This document shows, in pieces, positions 9,476-19,809 of a stretch of DNA of 64,000 bases; the first letter of the stretch is position 1; each line of letters starts with the position of its first letter. The DNA is from Candidatus Woesearchaeota archaeon. Lineage in GTDB: Archaea; Nanobdellota; Nanobdellia; Woesearchaeales; GW2011-AR9. Where the stretch lies: positions 28,083 through 92,082 of the forward strand of contig JABIJM010000030.1 in NCBI GenBank assembly GCA_018655525.1, read 5' to 3'. The notes under the pieces are model-generated. The model was not told where the DNA came from. It did no database searches and saw only the letters and a program-made list of their open reading frames with translations. Both the position numbers and the translations under genes were made by a program.

Positions 9476-9640
9476 ATGGGAAAATGCACAATATGTGGAG
9501 AAAAAATCCAAGAATTGTTCCTAGGTAAGATCAAAGGAACAATCGTACGAAAACCAGGAAAAGAGAAACAATACGAAGTCTGTTTCCAGTGTCAGAAGAA
9601 GCTTGGAAGTAAAGATAAGATTTTAGAGAATATCAAGTAA
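9476..9640 (+). CDS. Small zinc-ribbon protein (54 aa; CxxC...CxxC), absent from the ORF track
   Basis: ATG at 9476, TAA at 9638-9640. MGKCTICGEKIQELFLGKIKGTIVRKPGKEKQYEVCFQCQKKLGSKDKILENIK. Confidence 0.4.
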   Translation: MGKCTICGEKIQELFLGKIKGTIVRKPGKEKQYEVCFQCQKKLGSKDKILENIK

Positions 9641-9715
9641 TGCCTCTGGTAGCAAATGTAGCAACATTTGATAGTGCATATGATCTGCACTACGTTTGAC
9701 CATATAAACAATAAT

Positions 9716-9832
9716 GCCTCTGTAGCATAGTGGCTAATGCGTCTGCCTCGTAAAATCTAGGTTTCCTTGATTTGTTCAGAAATCTTGATTTCAGACAGCA
9801 GAAGATCGGGAGTTCAAATCTCCCCAGGGGCT
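9716..9832 (+). tRNA. tRNA-Thr (anticodon CGU) with a 44-nt canonical intron (9753..9796) after position 37
   Basis: Hand-folded cloverleaf. Acceptor GCCTCTG/CAGGGGC (one G-U), U8 A9, D-arm GCAT-AGTGGCTA-ATGC, anticodon stem TCTGC/GCAGA interrupted by the intron, T-arm GGGAG-TTCAAAT-CTCCC, discriminator U. Oligo-T follows. Confidence 0.75.
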
Positions 9833-9860
9833 TTTTATTCTTTTTGAAGAAAATTAAAAT

Positions 9861-10577
9861 CTAACGATACATGTCTCTAAGAACGAGATCAAAAACTCTT
9901 GGAAGAAATTGTTCTTGAACTCTAACAGATTCACCCAAAAGTAAATTAGAATATGTTTGTGTTTTATCTAACTCTTTCTGCAAAATGGCGGGTATATGAT
10001 GTAATCGTGTTTCTTGACCTTTACGTTTATTTCTAGTTACTTCATGAGCAAATAATTTTAAAGGTGAAACATACGCATTAGAGAAATCTTCAACACTTCC
10101 ATAAACTTGGGTAAATTCTGCGTCCATTAATTCAGGAGTTAATTCTGAATGTTGAGATAATCCTTCAACAAAGCGAACAGTTCGTGAATATGCACCAAGA
10201 GTAGTATCCAAAACTCTTTGATCCTCTGAATTTAATGTATCATCACTTCCTTGAACTTCTTCCAGAATCTTTTTTGCAATAACATAAGATGCAGCGAAAA
10301 ATGCACTTGTAACCTCTAGAATATTATCTCTTCCAAAATAATTAACAATATCCTCAGAATGATCTGGTTGTAAATCTGATGAAACAGTTCCATCAATTTC
10401 AGCTTTTAGAGCATTTGCAAAATCAGAAGTATATTTATCACTAAATTTTCCACCAAACCATCCATTTACTTGTCCTAAGGTTTGTTCTAAATCCATATAT
10501 TTTTTCACTTTAAGGGGTATATAAAGATTATGGATGTGTAAACAACTTGTTTTTAACATCACTAAAGCATAAACCAT
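9861..10577 (-). CDS. Hypothetical protein. The likely true start is the internal ATG at 10496 (MDLEQTLGQVNGW...)
   Basis: The first 27 codons of the track ORF are AT-rich and leader-like. A TTTATATACC box lies about 25 nt upstream of the 10496 ATG on the minus strand. Confidence 0.4.
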   Translation of the reverse strand: MVYALVMLKTSCLHIHNLYIPLKVKKYMDLEQTLGQVNGWFGGKFSDKYTSDFANALKAEIDGTVSSDLQPDHSEDIVNYFGRDNILEVTSAFFAASYVIAKKILEEVQGSDDTLNSEDQRVLDTTLGAYSRTVRFVEGLSQHSELTPELMDAEFTQVYGSVEDFSNAYVSPLKLFAHEVTRNKRKGQETRLHHIPAILQKELDKTQTYSNLLLGESVRVQEQFLPRVFDLVLRDMYR

Positions 10578-10627
10578 TTATAAACACATTCACAAATTAT
10601 ATAAACGATAAACACAAATTTCTCTAA

Positions 10628-11356
10628 ATGGATGAAAATCAAGAAGAAGATGTCCAAATAGAACCTACATCTGAAGAGAAATATAACCCAGAATTAGATG
10701 TAGATACAAAATCCAATACAAAATACCTTATTATCATGGTTGCGATTGTTATCGGGATATTTGCAGTTTCTTTAGGTGGATTCACATTTTTAGATGATGG
10801 AATCACAGGTGGTACTGTTGTAGATGTGGATCAACAACATCAAGATAATAAGGAAGGTCTTCTTGACGAAAAGGAGGGATATATTTACAATGGATTTAGT
10901 TTTGTAAAAATAGATGGATTATGGTGGACGGAACGTAAAGCACAAGATAGGATTATCAAAATCCCATTACATTTCGCACCAAAAGATTTAGAATACATTC
11001 CTGTAACAGGAACTTTAGCACCTGAGTTTAATATGGGAGATAAAGTGTATGTTGCAATTGATCCAAAAACTGAAGATAAATTTTACACTTTAGGGATCTC
11101 AGAATTAAGTTTCAATATGGCGAAAGGTGTCAATCGTGATCCCGTTGGAGCATGCATTGAAGAAAACGAAGCATGTGCAGATTATGAAGTGATCAGTTGC
11201 GATAATAATGGTGGAAAACCAGTTGTTGAACTTGTTCTAGGAAAAACAGAATCTGTAGAACTTAAAGGAACCTGTATGAAGATTACGGGTAAAGATATGG
11301 GATTCGTAAAAGCTGTTGACCGGGCATTGCTTAAGTGGTACGGCATGATGAGTTAA
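10628..11356 (+). CDS. Membrane-anchored hypothetical protein (acidic N-terminus, single TM, Cys-containing extracytoplasmic domain)
   Basis: TM segment YLIIMVAIVIGIFAVSLGGFTFL. No family recognised. Confidence 0.4.
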   Translation: MDENQEEDVQIEPTSEEKYNPELDVDTKSNTKYLIIMVAIVIGIFAVSLGGFTFLDDGITGGTVVDVDQQHQDNKEGLLDEKEGYIYNGFSFVKIDGLWWTERKAQDRIIKIPLHFAPKDLEYIPVTGTLAPEFNMGDKVYVAIDPKTEDKFYTLGISELSFNMAKGVNRDPVGACIEENEACADYEVISCDNNGGKPVVELVLGKTESVELKGTCMKITGKDMGFVKAVDRALLKWYGMMS

Positions 11357-11387
11357 TTATATTAACTCACACTTCTTTCTTTCTATT

Positions 11388-12131
11388 ATGATCATAAGCT
11401 TTTTTGAAGAATATCCCACAAAAGAAAACCTTGCAAAACTTTCTCTTATAGAAAATCCAACAAAATTATACATTGGAGCAAAATCTCTGAAAGAATTCAA
11501 CCAAATCAAATCTACAATAAATAACCCTTATGTCAAAGAAATAATATGGTGGATTCTCTTAGAAAACAATGAAGGGTACTGGTTTTCTCCATTTACAAAG
11601 ACAACCGCATTAAAACGTGTATTTGAAGAAGCAAAAGACACACCCGTTATGATTGATGCCGAATATCCATTACGACATAGCCCTTGGTTATTCTTCACAC
11701 AACTACCTTCTTTTTTCAAAAATAGAACTTTAATTAGAAATTTCATTAAGAATCATAAAAATATTTACGTTGCAGAGTATTTTCCAGAAGGAAATTGGAA
11801 AGATAAATGGATGCATTTTATGGGCATGCATTTTGATGCAAATATATATAATTGTAAAACGATGAAAATGATTTATCATTCAATTGTTCCTTACCTTAAA
11901 GGTGGAATCACAAAGAAATTTCAAAGAGCAAAAAGACTCTACAAAGACAACTACATTCCAGGTTATGGCACAATTGCTACAGGTGTTCTTGGAAACGAAC
12001 CAATTCTTAAAACAACTCAATTAGAAAAAGATTTACAACATGCAAAAGATGCAAATATGAAAGAAGTTGTCATTTTCAGATTAGGTGGTCTTAACAAAAA
12101 TTATAGGGATATAATCAAAAGATTCACTTAA
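11388..12131 (+). CDS. Hypothetical protein
   Basis: 247-aa ORF with coding-like composition. No motif recognised. Confidence 0.35.
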   Translation: MIISFFEEYPTKENLAKLSLIENPTKLYIGAKSLKEFNQIKSTINNPYVKEIIWWILLENNEGYWFSPFTKTTALKRVFEEAKDTPVMIDAEYPLRHSPWLFFTQLPSFFKNRTLIRNFIKNHKNIYVAEYFPEGNWKDKWMHFMGMHFDANIYNCKTMKMIYHSIVPYLKGGITKKFQRAKRLYKDNYIPGYGTIATGVLGNEPILKTTQLEKDLQHAKDANMKEVVIFRLGGLNKNYRDIIKRFT

Positions 12132-13219
12132 AATAAATATCTCAGAAATCTCAAGAATCTAGGTTCCCTAAGCAATACATGCGAAATTAAAGGGATTGGA
12201 TTATCTCTGGTATATCTTTCAAAAACTTTCTGAATTTTTGGTTGTGCAACATACCCTACTAAATGATCCCAATCACCATCACTAAATTTCTCCATTATCT
12301 TCTGTACTTGAAGATGTGTCCACATTTGTTTCCGTAGCGGTTTCATCTCTTTATACAAATCCTTTCCATTCAAAATGCAATCAACTGTAATTTGAACTTG
12401 CTGAAACGCTGGTACAATGCCTCCAAGTGTTGTCGCTTTAACATACGAAGAAGCATCTCCTACAACATAACAGTTTCCTTTCTTCAACTTTTGCTTGGGA
12501 TGATACAAAGGAATTGTGCCTGCTTGCATCTCTTTAACTTTCCATCCACGTCCTTCAACAAACTTTTCAAAGAATACACGTGAATTTTTCTTCATTGCTA
12601 AACCAACTCTCGCCAGATGCTGAGATTCAGGAGTCACCCATGCAAATAATCCTGGACACACATCACTTCCAAAGTATGTTTTAATTACATTTGGTTCAAA
12701 ATTTCCTTCCATTACTGCTTGAATCCCATAATAGTTCTCTCTTCCTTCATGATATAGACCAAAAGCTTTCGCTGTGGAACTTAATGGACCATCAGCAGCA
12801 ATGACAACATCTGCAGTAACGCGTTTCTCTTTACCTTCATTAACAACCACTAAATCATTACCTTCTTTACGGACAAAAGTATGATTTAAGAAAAATTTTG
12901 CACCTTCTTTCTCTGCAATCTTAGAAAAATACTGATCAAACTTTGTTCTACAAACAATGTAGTCTTTTTGTTTTATTTCTAATTTTTTCTTTGGAGAATA
13001 AACTTTAATTGTATCAATGGTATTTACCAAGTAATCTTCCATTGGAAAATTGAATTGATCAAAAGATGAGGTTAATATGCCTGTACATTGGATAGGTGCA
13101 CCAATCTTAGCATGGTTCTCATAAATAGAAACTTCTTTGCCTTCTTTTGCAAGTAAATATCCTGCATAACATCCTACTGGTCCACCTCCAATAATAGCTA
13201 TTTTCATTTTAGAATCCAA
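12128..13219 (-). CDS. Geranylgeranyl reductase family FAD-dependent oxidoreductase (archaeal lipid saturation)
   Basis: Rossmann dinucleotide-binding N-terminus (MKIAIIGGGPVGCYAGYLLAKEG...SIYE) and the downstream PIQCTGIL motif typical of GGR. Confidence 0.75.
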   Translation of the reverse strand: MDSKMKIAIIGGGPVGCYAGYLLAKEGKEVSIYENHAKIGAPIQCTGILTSSFDQFNFPMEDYLVNTIDTIKVYSPKKKLEIKQKDYIVCRTKFDQYFSKIAEKEGAKFFLNHTFVRKEGNDLVVVNEGKEKRVTADVVIAADGPLSSTAKAFGLYHEGRENYYGIQAVMEGNFEPNVIKTYFGSDVCPGLFAWVTPESQHLARVGLAMKKNSRVFFEKFVEGRGWKVKEMQAGTIPLYHPKQKLKKGNCYVVGDASSYVKATTLGGIVPAFQQVQITVDCILNGKDLYKEMKPLRKQMWTHLQVQKIMEKFSDGDWDHLVGYVAQPKIQKVFERYTRDNPIPLISHVLLREPRFLRFLRYLF

Positions 13220-13312
13220 TTTAAGTGATTATAAAAAACTTATTAAAAAAAAGATCAAAAAAAAATCCAAATAAAAAAAAAAGAAAAAAAGATTTGGAAG
13301 AAAAAAACACAC

Positions 13313-14641
13313 TTAATAATATGTTTGTTCTTCGTCTTCGTCGTCTTTACGTAAACGGCTGAAACCGATGATTAAACCAATTAATACTAGTAATACAACT
13401 AATACAATTAAAGCTAATTCTAATCCGTTTCTTAAACTTACTCCGTCTTCACCAGCAACTACGTTTGCATTTAGGCTTACAGTTTCTAAAACTTCATCGC
13501 CTGCTTTAACAGCTACAGATGCTACGTGATTACCAGCAGCAGCGTCTCCAGAGACAGCTACATTAACGTAAACAACTTTGTTTTTACCAGGTTCTAATAC
13601 TACTAAGTTGTCACTGAATGAAGCAGTTGCCCAGTCACCAGTTACAGCTTCTAAAGTATAAGCTTTTGAAGTTGTTCCAGCGTTGGTTAATGCTACACCG
13701 TATGTTGCTGTTTTACCGGTTGCAACAGTTTGTGTTGAAGGACCAACAGCTAATACTAACTTATCAGATCCTGCAAACTTACTGTCTGCTACTACGTGTA
13801 CGGTTCCTGTTTTTGTAACAGTTTCTCGTAAATCATCATACATTGCAGTTACTTTGATTTCGTAATCACCTTCTGCGGTACTTGCAGGGATAGGTAAGAA
13901 CATTTCTTCAACATCTTCGTAATCTACATTGTGGTTATCTGTTTTTACAACGTCAACGTATTTACTTGTGGTAACTCCTAAAGCAGGAATACTTACAGTA
14001 ACTTTAACGTCTTTCTGATCTTTGTCACCGAAGTTCTCTAAAAGAACGGTAGGGTGAATTGATCGTCCAGCTTTAACAGTAGAACCAGGGAATAATGTTA
14101 CTTCCTTAATATCTAAAGCATGACGTGCAGGTTCAACATTTAATTTTACAACTCTTCCAATAGGAGCAGATGCACTATTATAAATGTTTAAGTGTAACCA
14201 ATATACTTGCTTATCTAAGTTTTTAGGTAAGTCAATGTTTAACTTAACAGTTTTTTGTGTATTTGCAGCCATATCAAACAGATGTGTTGAATCGCTTAAT
14301 TTTTCATAATCAGAGTATTCATAACCCTTGATCTTTGCTTCAACTTCAACGTTTTGAACTGCTTCTTTAGTGAAAAGAGTTACTTCAACTTGCATCTTTT
14401 CTCCTTCTTCAACAGTTACGGAAGGTACATTTACTGCAACATTCCCGTTGAAATCCACTACATCTTCACCAATTTTATTTCCATTAACATCTAACACGTT
14501 TACTGCTTTGTTTCCAAAGCTTACACTATTGCCATCTACTTCTACTTCCCATGCGAAGTTGGAATCATCCAAAGCTACCACGCTGGAAACCATAAGTAAA
14601 CTGATGACGAATAATGCCATTATACTTACTATTTTTTTCAT
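13313..14641 (-). CDS. Cell-surface protein: signal peptide, tandem beta-sandwich (CARDB/Ig-like) domains, C-terminal TM and acidic tail
   Basis: N-terminal MKKIVSIMALFVISLLMVSSVVA signal. C-terminal LALIVLVVLLVLIGLIIGF TM plus RLRKDDEDEEQTYY tail. Confidence 0.5.
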   Translation of the reverse strand: MKKIVSIMALFVISLLMVSSVVALDDSNFAWEVEVDGNSVSFGNKAVNVLDVNGNKIGEDVVDFNGNVAVNVPSVTVEEGEKMQVEVTLFTKEAVQNVEVEAKIKGYEYSDYEKLSDSTHLFDMAANTQKTVKLNIDLPKNLDKQVYWLHLNIYNSASAPIGRVVKLNVEPARHALDIKEVTLFPGSTVKAGRSIHPTVLLENFGDKDQKDVKVTVSIPALGVTTSKYVDVVKTDNHNVDYEDVEEMFLPIPASTAEGDYEIKVTAMYDDLRETVTKTGTVHVVADSKFAGSDKLVLAVGPSTQTVATGKTATYGVALTNAGTTSKAYTLEAVTGDWATASFSDNLVVLEPGKNKVVYVNVAVSGDAAAGNHVASVAVKAGDEVLETVSLNANVVAGEDGVSLRNGLELALIVLVVLLVLIGLIIGFSRLRKDDEDEEQTYY

Positions 14642-14771
14642 TTTATTCTTCCTCCAAATCTAATTTTCAATTTTGGAATATGTTTTCTCGTCAAAACGAA
14701 GATTGTTTTTTAAACCTTTCGTTGTTTTGAGTATGGTTGAGTAACTACACCTAATAACTATTGTAAAATAA

Positions 14772-16817
14772 TTATTGGATGGTTACTGTTCTGTACACCA
14801 CACTATTGTGGTGGTCGTTGCTTACAGTCAACACAAGAGTATAAGTTCCTGGTTGAACGTCATATGGCACATTTACGTAAAGGGTCTTCGTTTCTGAATC
14901 TCCTTTTTTCAAGTCAAACTCTCCTGAAGTTCCATACATATTTGCGTCATAAACGAATGCTCGGATGTTTGTATCATCCCAGTCTTCGTTACCATTATTC
15001 TTTACATGTACTCCTACAGTGATATAATCCCCAGGTGTTGCCACTTCTGGTAACACGTGTACGGATGAAATCTTTGTATTTGCGTACCCTGCACGAACTG
15101 TAATTGTAAATGTTTGTGAGAAAGATTGTTTCCCATCATTGATTGCTAAAATCACTTCATGAGATCCTTCTTCTGCAACCCATTCAACTAAACCTGTTTT
15201 TGATACTTTCATACCAGCAGGTCCTTTTACAACATAATATTGGATTGGTTTATCACTTTCAGCTAAAATCTGATAGGTATAATCTTCACCATCTGTTGCG
15301 GTTGTAACTGGTGTTGATACGATTTTCAAAGTATCAACGATTACAGGATTTACTGGATCACAAGCATCTCCTTTACCATCTTTATCTGTATCTTTTTGAT
15401 CAGGGTTAAATGTTAAAGGGCAGTTATCTTGACCATCTGGGATTCCATCTTTATCAGAATCTAAGATTACAACGCCAACACCAATCTTGTAAGATTGTGT
15501 GGTAATTCCTCCAAATCCATCTGCAACTTGTACAGACACATCAAAAGAATTTCCTGAATCTGTTGCAATAGGAGTCCAACTTACGATACCGTTAACAAGA
15601 TTCATTCCTGCAGGTTTTTGTGTTAAACTTACAGTTAATGCATCATTATCTGCATCACTTGCTTTTACAGCATAAGTATATTCAACACCAACAGTTGCGG
15701 AATGACCTGGTTGAGAGGTAATTGTTGGATCTCTGTTTACATCTGCAACAGTAATTGTTACAGTTTGTGATTCAGAGTATGTTTTTCCATCATAAGATTG
15801 AAATTTAATTTTCACATCTTTTGATGTTGCAGGATGTTGAACAAAGTCAAATCCTGGCGTAATGGTGAATTTTCCTGTAGATTCATCAAAGGTTACTTCT
15901 TTAGGTAAAGCCGTACTTTTGAACATGTTATTTACTTGACATCCAAATTCAAACCATTTACATGATTTTAAATTTGTAACATCTTTCGCAACATAACTAG
16001 ATCCACCAGAAACTGTGAAAGTTTTTGATACTCCTTCATTAACAATGTGGTTTTTTACACCTACTTCTAAGGTAGGAGGTTTGTTTTGATCAACAACAGT
16101 TAATTGAACAGTTGCTTTTCCGATTCCACCCTTACCATCATTTCCTTCAAAAACAACATCATATGTTCCTTGATCTTCAAAGGTTGGTTGCCATGAAAAA
16201 GTATATACAGCTCCCCATTTTTGAATGTTAGATCCTTTTGGTAAATTGTTACTTGTTACAGTTACAACATCACCATCTACATCAGAAGGTACAATTACAA
16301 AGTTAAAGTAAACATCTTCATTTACTGTTTTTTTGTATACTTTAGCTGGTTTTGATTGTACTACTTCTAAATCAGGCATGGTTAATTCTGGATTGTTATT
16401 ACCAGATAAAACGTTTAATTCTAAAAAGTCTGTTTTAATAGAATTGCTATCTGCAAGTTTTACGGTAACAACATAGTTTCCTACTTTATCATTATAATTT
16501 TTAGGAACAACAGTAATTTCTTCGTATGCTATATTCTTTGTATCAATTGTATTTTGAGCTACAACACCAACAATGTTTCCTGTTGCCTTATCATTAATTT
16601 GAACTGTTAACAATACACTATTTTCAGGAGATGAGAAATATCCTGTTGCAAATTTTGCTGATTGACCGTTCACAATAGTTTTACTCATTGATCCGTCATC
16701 CCATGCAAAAAGTTGTTTACCTTGAGCTGCTTGTGTCCAATCTACTTGTGCAACTGCTGCACTTGAAACTAGCATTAAAGCAAACATAAGTACAATTAGA
16801 TGTTTAAATATATTCAT
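14772..16817 (-). CDS. Large secreted adhesin-like protein with Ig/cadherin-like domains and thrombospondin type-3 (Ca-binding) repeats
   Basis: Signal peptide. [35 protein letters not shown] is a TSP3-type DxDxDG repeat. Many beta-sandwich repeats. Confidence 0.5.
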   Translation of the reverse strand: MNIFKHLIVLMFALMLVSSAAVAQVDWTQAAQGKQLFAWDDGSMSKTIVNGQSAKFATGYFSSPENSVLLTVQINDKATGNIVGVVAQNTIDTKNIAYEEITVVPKNYNDKVGNYVVTVKLADSNSIKTDFLELNVLSGNNNPELTMPDLEVVQSKPAKVYKKTVNEDVYFNFVIVPSDVDGDVVTVTSNNLPKGSNIQKWGAVYTFSWQPTFEDQGTYDVVFEGNDGKGGIGKATVQLTVVDQNKPPTLEVGVKNHIVNEGVSKTFTVSGGSSYVAKDVTNLKSCKWFEFGCQVNNMFKSTALPKEVTFDESTGKFTITPGFDFVQHPATSKDVKIKFQSYDGKTYSESQTVTITVADVNRDPTITSQPGHSATVGVEYTYAVKASDADNDALTVSLTQKPAGMNLVNGIVSWTPIATDSGNSFDVSVQVADGFGGITTQSYKIGVGVVILDSDKDGIPDGQDNCPLTFNPDQKDTDKDGKGDACDPVNPVIVDTLKIVSTPVTTATDGEDYTYQILAESDKPIQYYVVKGPAGMKVSKTGLVEWVAEEGSHEVILAINDGKQSFSQTFTITVRAGYANTKISSVHVLPEVATPGDYITVGVHVKNNGNEDWDDTNIRAFVYDANMYGTSGEFDLKKGDSETKTLYVNVPYDVQPGTYTLVLTVSNDHHNSVVYRTVTIQ

Positions 16818-17830
16818 TTTTTACTCTCACTTCCTCTACAATATCCTAATGCTACTCCAAAGAATTTATCTCCTTCAGTTGAGATCATTGCTGTAGGTGT
16901 AACACATACACCGTGACCATTTCCAGCTTCAATTCTGATTGGAACTGCTAATCTTACATAAGGTGAAATAGATTCATCAACGCCACCTTTCTGATCAAAA
17001 GAACCTGCGCCTTGCATTACAACACCATCAATTGCTTTTGAGACATAAGTAGATTCGTTCCATGTAGTTTCTTTACTTAATACTCCAGCTGTGAATCCTA
17101 AACCAAGACCTACACGACTTCCATTGTAAAGTAAGGTATTGTTTTGTAATGATAATCCTAAAGCGGTTGCTGATAATTGTGCATCACTAGTACTATCTTC
17201 AGTTAATGTTAAACTTCCAGCTAATGGACCTTTTGCTGCATCTTTTACAACTTGATCTTTGTTAATTAAAGTCTCACCAGAATATAATCCTACATGAGCT
17301 CCTAAACTCCAATCTCTTCCGGTAGGATGATATCGTAATCCAATATCAATTCCGGTTGTGTTTTGGATATTTCTATTTGATTCTGCTAAAACTCCATAAA
17401 CCCCACCAAGTTCAACTTCAGGTAAACCTGCTAATGTTGGAACATGGTTTGTGATTGTTTTTGTAATTGTTACAGGTGTTGCAGCATAAGATAATCCTAC
17501 TGGTGTTGCACTTCCAGGTAAAGTTACCCCACGTGCCATTGTAACTTTAGTTGCACCATCAGGTAATCCTACTGGTGTTACTTTTTGTGGTAAACCAACA
17601 ACATCATCTAAACTTGCGTTAGAAGGTATAGTTACGGTTCTTTTTGTTGTAAAATTGTAAGTTGTTTTTCCATCCTGAACGTTTTGAACTTGAACAGTTG
17701 TTTGTGGTGCTTTAGCTAATACACTTGGTGCGTATGCTGCTACTGCTAATCCTGCTGCTAATACAACAGGCGCAACCACTTTATTTTTTAAATATGTAAA
17801 CATTTTATTGTCCTCCTTGATTCCTTGCAT
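16814..17830 (-). CDS. Secreted Gly/Thr-rich protein with alternating-hydrophobic, beta-strand-like segments
   Basis: Signal peptide [15 protein letters not shown]. Repeated GLxxG / GVALGY patterns. 4-nt overlap with the upstream gene. Confidence 0.35.
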   Translation of the reverse strand: MQGIKEDNKMFTYLKNKVVAPVVLAAGLAVAAYAPSVLAKAPQTTVQVQNVQDGKTTYNFTTKRTVTIPSNASLDDVVGLPQKVTPVGLPDGATKVTMARGVTLPGSATPVGLSYAATPVTITKTITNHVPTLAGLPEVELGGVYGVLAESNRNIQNTTGIDIGLRYHPTGRDWSLGAHVGLYSGETLINKDQVVKDAAKGPLAGSLTLTEDSTSDAQLSATALGLSLQNNTLLYNGSRVGLGLGFTAGVLSKETTWNESTYVSKAIDGVVMQGAGSFDQKGGVDESISPYVRLAVPIRIEAGNGHGVCVTPTAMISTEGDKFFGVALGYCRGSESKK

Positions 17831-18506
17831 GTAGAGAATCTAATTTTTTTTGAAATTCATCATAAGAAAATGATTGTGTCCCTGCAACTTCTGGAAAATT
17901 ATAATCTGCTCCTTTCACTCTAGCTGCAAGAGTTTGTGGCGCTGGATTAGTCTTTCCTAATACACGACAAAAGTTAGGAGTTTCTTCAACAGTATCTAAT
18001 TTAGAATTTTTTAAATAAGGACGAGAACTTCTTTTTCGTTTCCCAAAGCCATCAACGCCAATGCTTAAACCATTTTCATCAATTGACAATACAATCTCTT
18101 CTTTGCCTTCAAGAGCTCTTTGTGATTGTACTCTGTATTTATTCCAAAATCTTTTGTGAGGGTGACGTGGATTTTCAGCAAAGCATGCATCGTTATGTTT
18201 CATAACTGCAAATAATAAACTTTTCTTCACACCATCCATTTCAAAGTATTTTACAGGAAAGAAATTTGTTTCTCCTTCCTTAACAACATAACCTAATTCA
18301 CCAGTATGTTGAGTTTTAGATTCCTCAATGGAAGGGCCATTATATTCTACAGTGACTTCAGTTCTAGTCTGAGGTAAAACTGGAGACATACATCCTCCTA
18401 AAGCAGACGCTATGTAAATTCCACCGGCAACGATTGCCGTTTTTACAGTTGATTCTAAAATTGATTTATATGACATTTTATTTCTCCTCCTAATACGGAA
18501 CCTCAT
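17805..18506 (-). CDS. Putative lipoprotein or membrane-anchored protein
   Basis: N-terminal TM ending in SALGGC|M, a weak lipobox (LGGC). Confidence 0.35.
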   Translation of the reverse strand: MRFRIRRRNKMSYKSILESTVKTAIVAGGIYIASALGGCMSPVLPQTRTEVTVEYNGPSIEESKTQHTGELGYVVKEGETNFFPVKYFEMDGVKKSLLFAVMKHNDACFAENPRHPHKRFWNKYRVQSQRALEGKEEIVLSIDENGLSIGVDGFGKRKRSSRPYLKNSKLDTVEETPNFCRVLGKTNPAPQTLAARVKGADYNFPEVAGTQSFSYDEFQKKLDSLHARNQGGQ

Positions 18507-19692
18507 CGGTTTCTAATTGTTTTCTAAACCTTCTCACACGAGGAGATCTTCTTGTTCGTTTTCTTGAACATCGTTCTTTTAATGAATCGTATTTACCTTG
18601 CAAATTACTATAGTCTGAATTGCATTTATTAAGATCATTTACAACCCATCCAACAGATTGTGAATCACCGTTAGCTAAAGTTATCATTCGTTTATCATTA
18701 TCTTGACAGACACCTAATTTTTGCTCTAAAGTCGCTTTAGCTGTATTAGCAGATTTTAATTTACCATCTAATTCAGTTACTTTTGCTTCAGAAGTGTTTA
18801 ATTTTCCACGTGTTGTATCTAATTCAGCCTGTGCTGTCTCGTACAATCCTTTATTTGCATTTGCATCCGCTAATTGTCCAGCATCTGGCCTTTGACTTAA
18901 TACATAAGTAATAGTTGCCAAACCTGCACTTGCAACTAATGCAACACCTGCAACAATTTTTGCAAGGTTTCCATATCCAATTGCCTTTCGTTGAGAATTA
19001 ACATGACCAAGACGTAATCCAGTATAAGATTTTCTTCCTTCTGAACCAAGTTGTAAATAATCAATAACTTTTTCTTCTGCAATCACAACATCATGATTTA
19101 ATGTTATGATAGCGGATCTCTTTTCTCCAAGTTCATTAGTTAAAGAAGCTAACTCAACATTACCTTTATCATCTAATTTTCCATTATCTCTTGATTTTTC
19201 AAGCAGTTTAATATCTTCAAGATCAACAGTATATTCTCCTTCAAGACCTACAAGTGTTAATTTTTTATTATAATAATCACCTTGATCTAAAGATTTATCA
19301 ATCCAAGAATCTACAACTTCTAAACTTCCTGCACCATAAACTTGATTAAGTGAATCATATGCCGCAAGTGCAAATTTAGAGTTATATGCCGCTAATTTGT
19401 CTAATGTATTTACTAAATGAGCTTCAACTTCTCCAATTCCATTATTTTCAAGAACGCCTAATATTCCATCTTTTTTCCTATAAAGACCCCGTACTTCATC
19501 TGCAAATTCATTTACAAATAAAGCCTTAGTATCAGGAAATTGAAGTCCTTCATGTGCATATTTTTTTTCAATTCCTTCAATTCTATCAAGAAGATTGCTT
19601 TGGTATAAAGGAATTGTTACTGTATCGTTAACATTACCGTCGCCAGCACGCTTTGTATCATTATTATTATCAGTCATAATTATAACCCCCAA
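18490..19692 (-). CDS. Coiled-coil protein with one internal TM segment and an Arg-rich C-terminus
   Basis: Long heptad-like region (LEQKLGVC..., LDGKLKSANTAKATLEQKL), TM IVAGVALVASAGLATITYVLS, C-terminal RKRTRRSPRVRRFRK. Confidence 0.4.
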   Translation of the reverse strand: MGVIIMTDNNNDTKRAGDGNVNDTVTIPLYQSNLLDRIEGIEKKYAHEGLQFPDTKALFVNEFADEVRGLYRKKDGILGVLENNGIGEVEAHLVNTLDKLAAYNSKFALAAYDSLNQVYGAGSLEVVDSWIDKSLDQGDYYNKKLTLVGLEGEYTVDLEDIKLLEKSRDNGKLDDKGNVELASLTNELGEKRSAIITLNHDVVIAEEKVIDYLQLGSEGRKSYTGLRLGHVNSQRKAIGYGNLAKIVAGVALVASAGLATITYVLSQRPDAGQLADANANKGLYETAQAELDTTRGKLNTSEAKVTELDGKLKSANTAKATLEQKLGVCQDNDKRMITLANGDSQSVGWVVNDLNKCNSDYSNLQGKYDSLKERCSRKRTRRSPRVRRFRKQLETDEVPY

Positions 19693-19809
19693 GTTATGTG
19701 AATACTACTCCCAAGTAAACACTTCTTTATAAACTTTTTGGAACAGTTGTTAGAATATAGTAGTTACAAACCACTGATGACCTTATTTAAGCTTAAAAAC
19801 ACCAATTAG

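Noticed and set aside
9331-9528. Track ORF (65 aa) across the GC-rich island
   Set aside because: It is composed of the structured GC-rich element plus AT-rich spacer and has no coding signature. An in-frame real small ORF (9476..9640) lies in a different frame.
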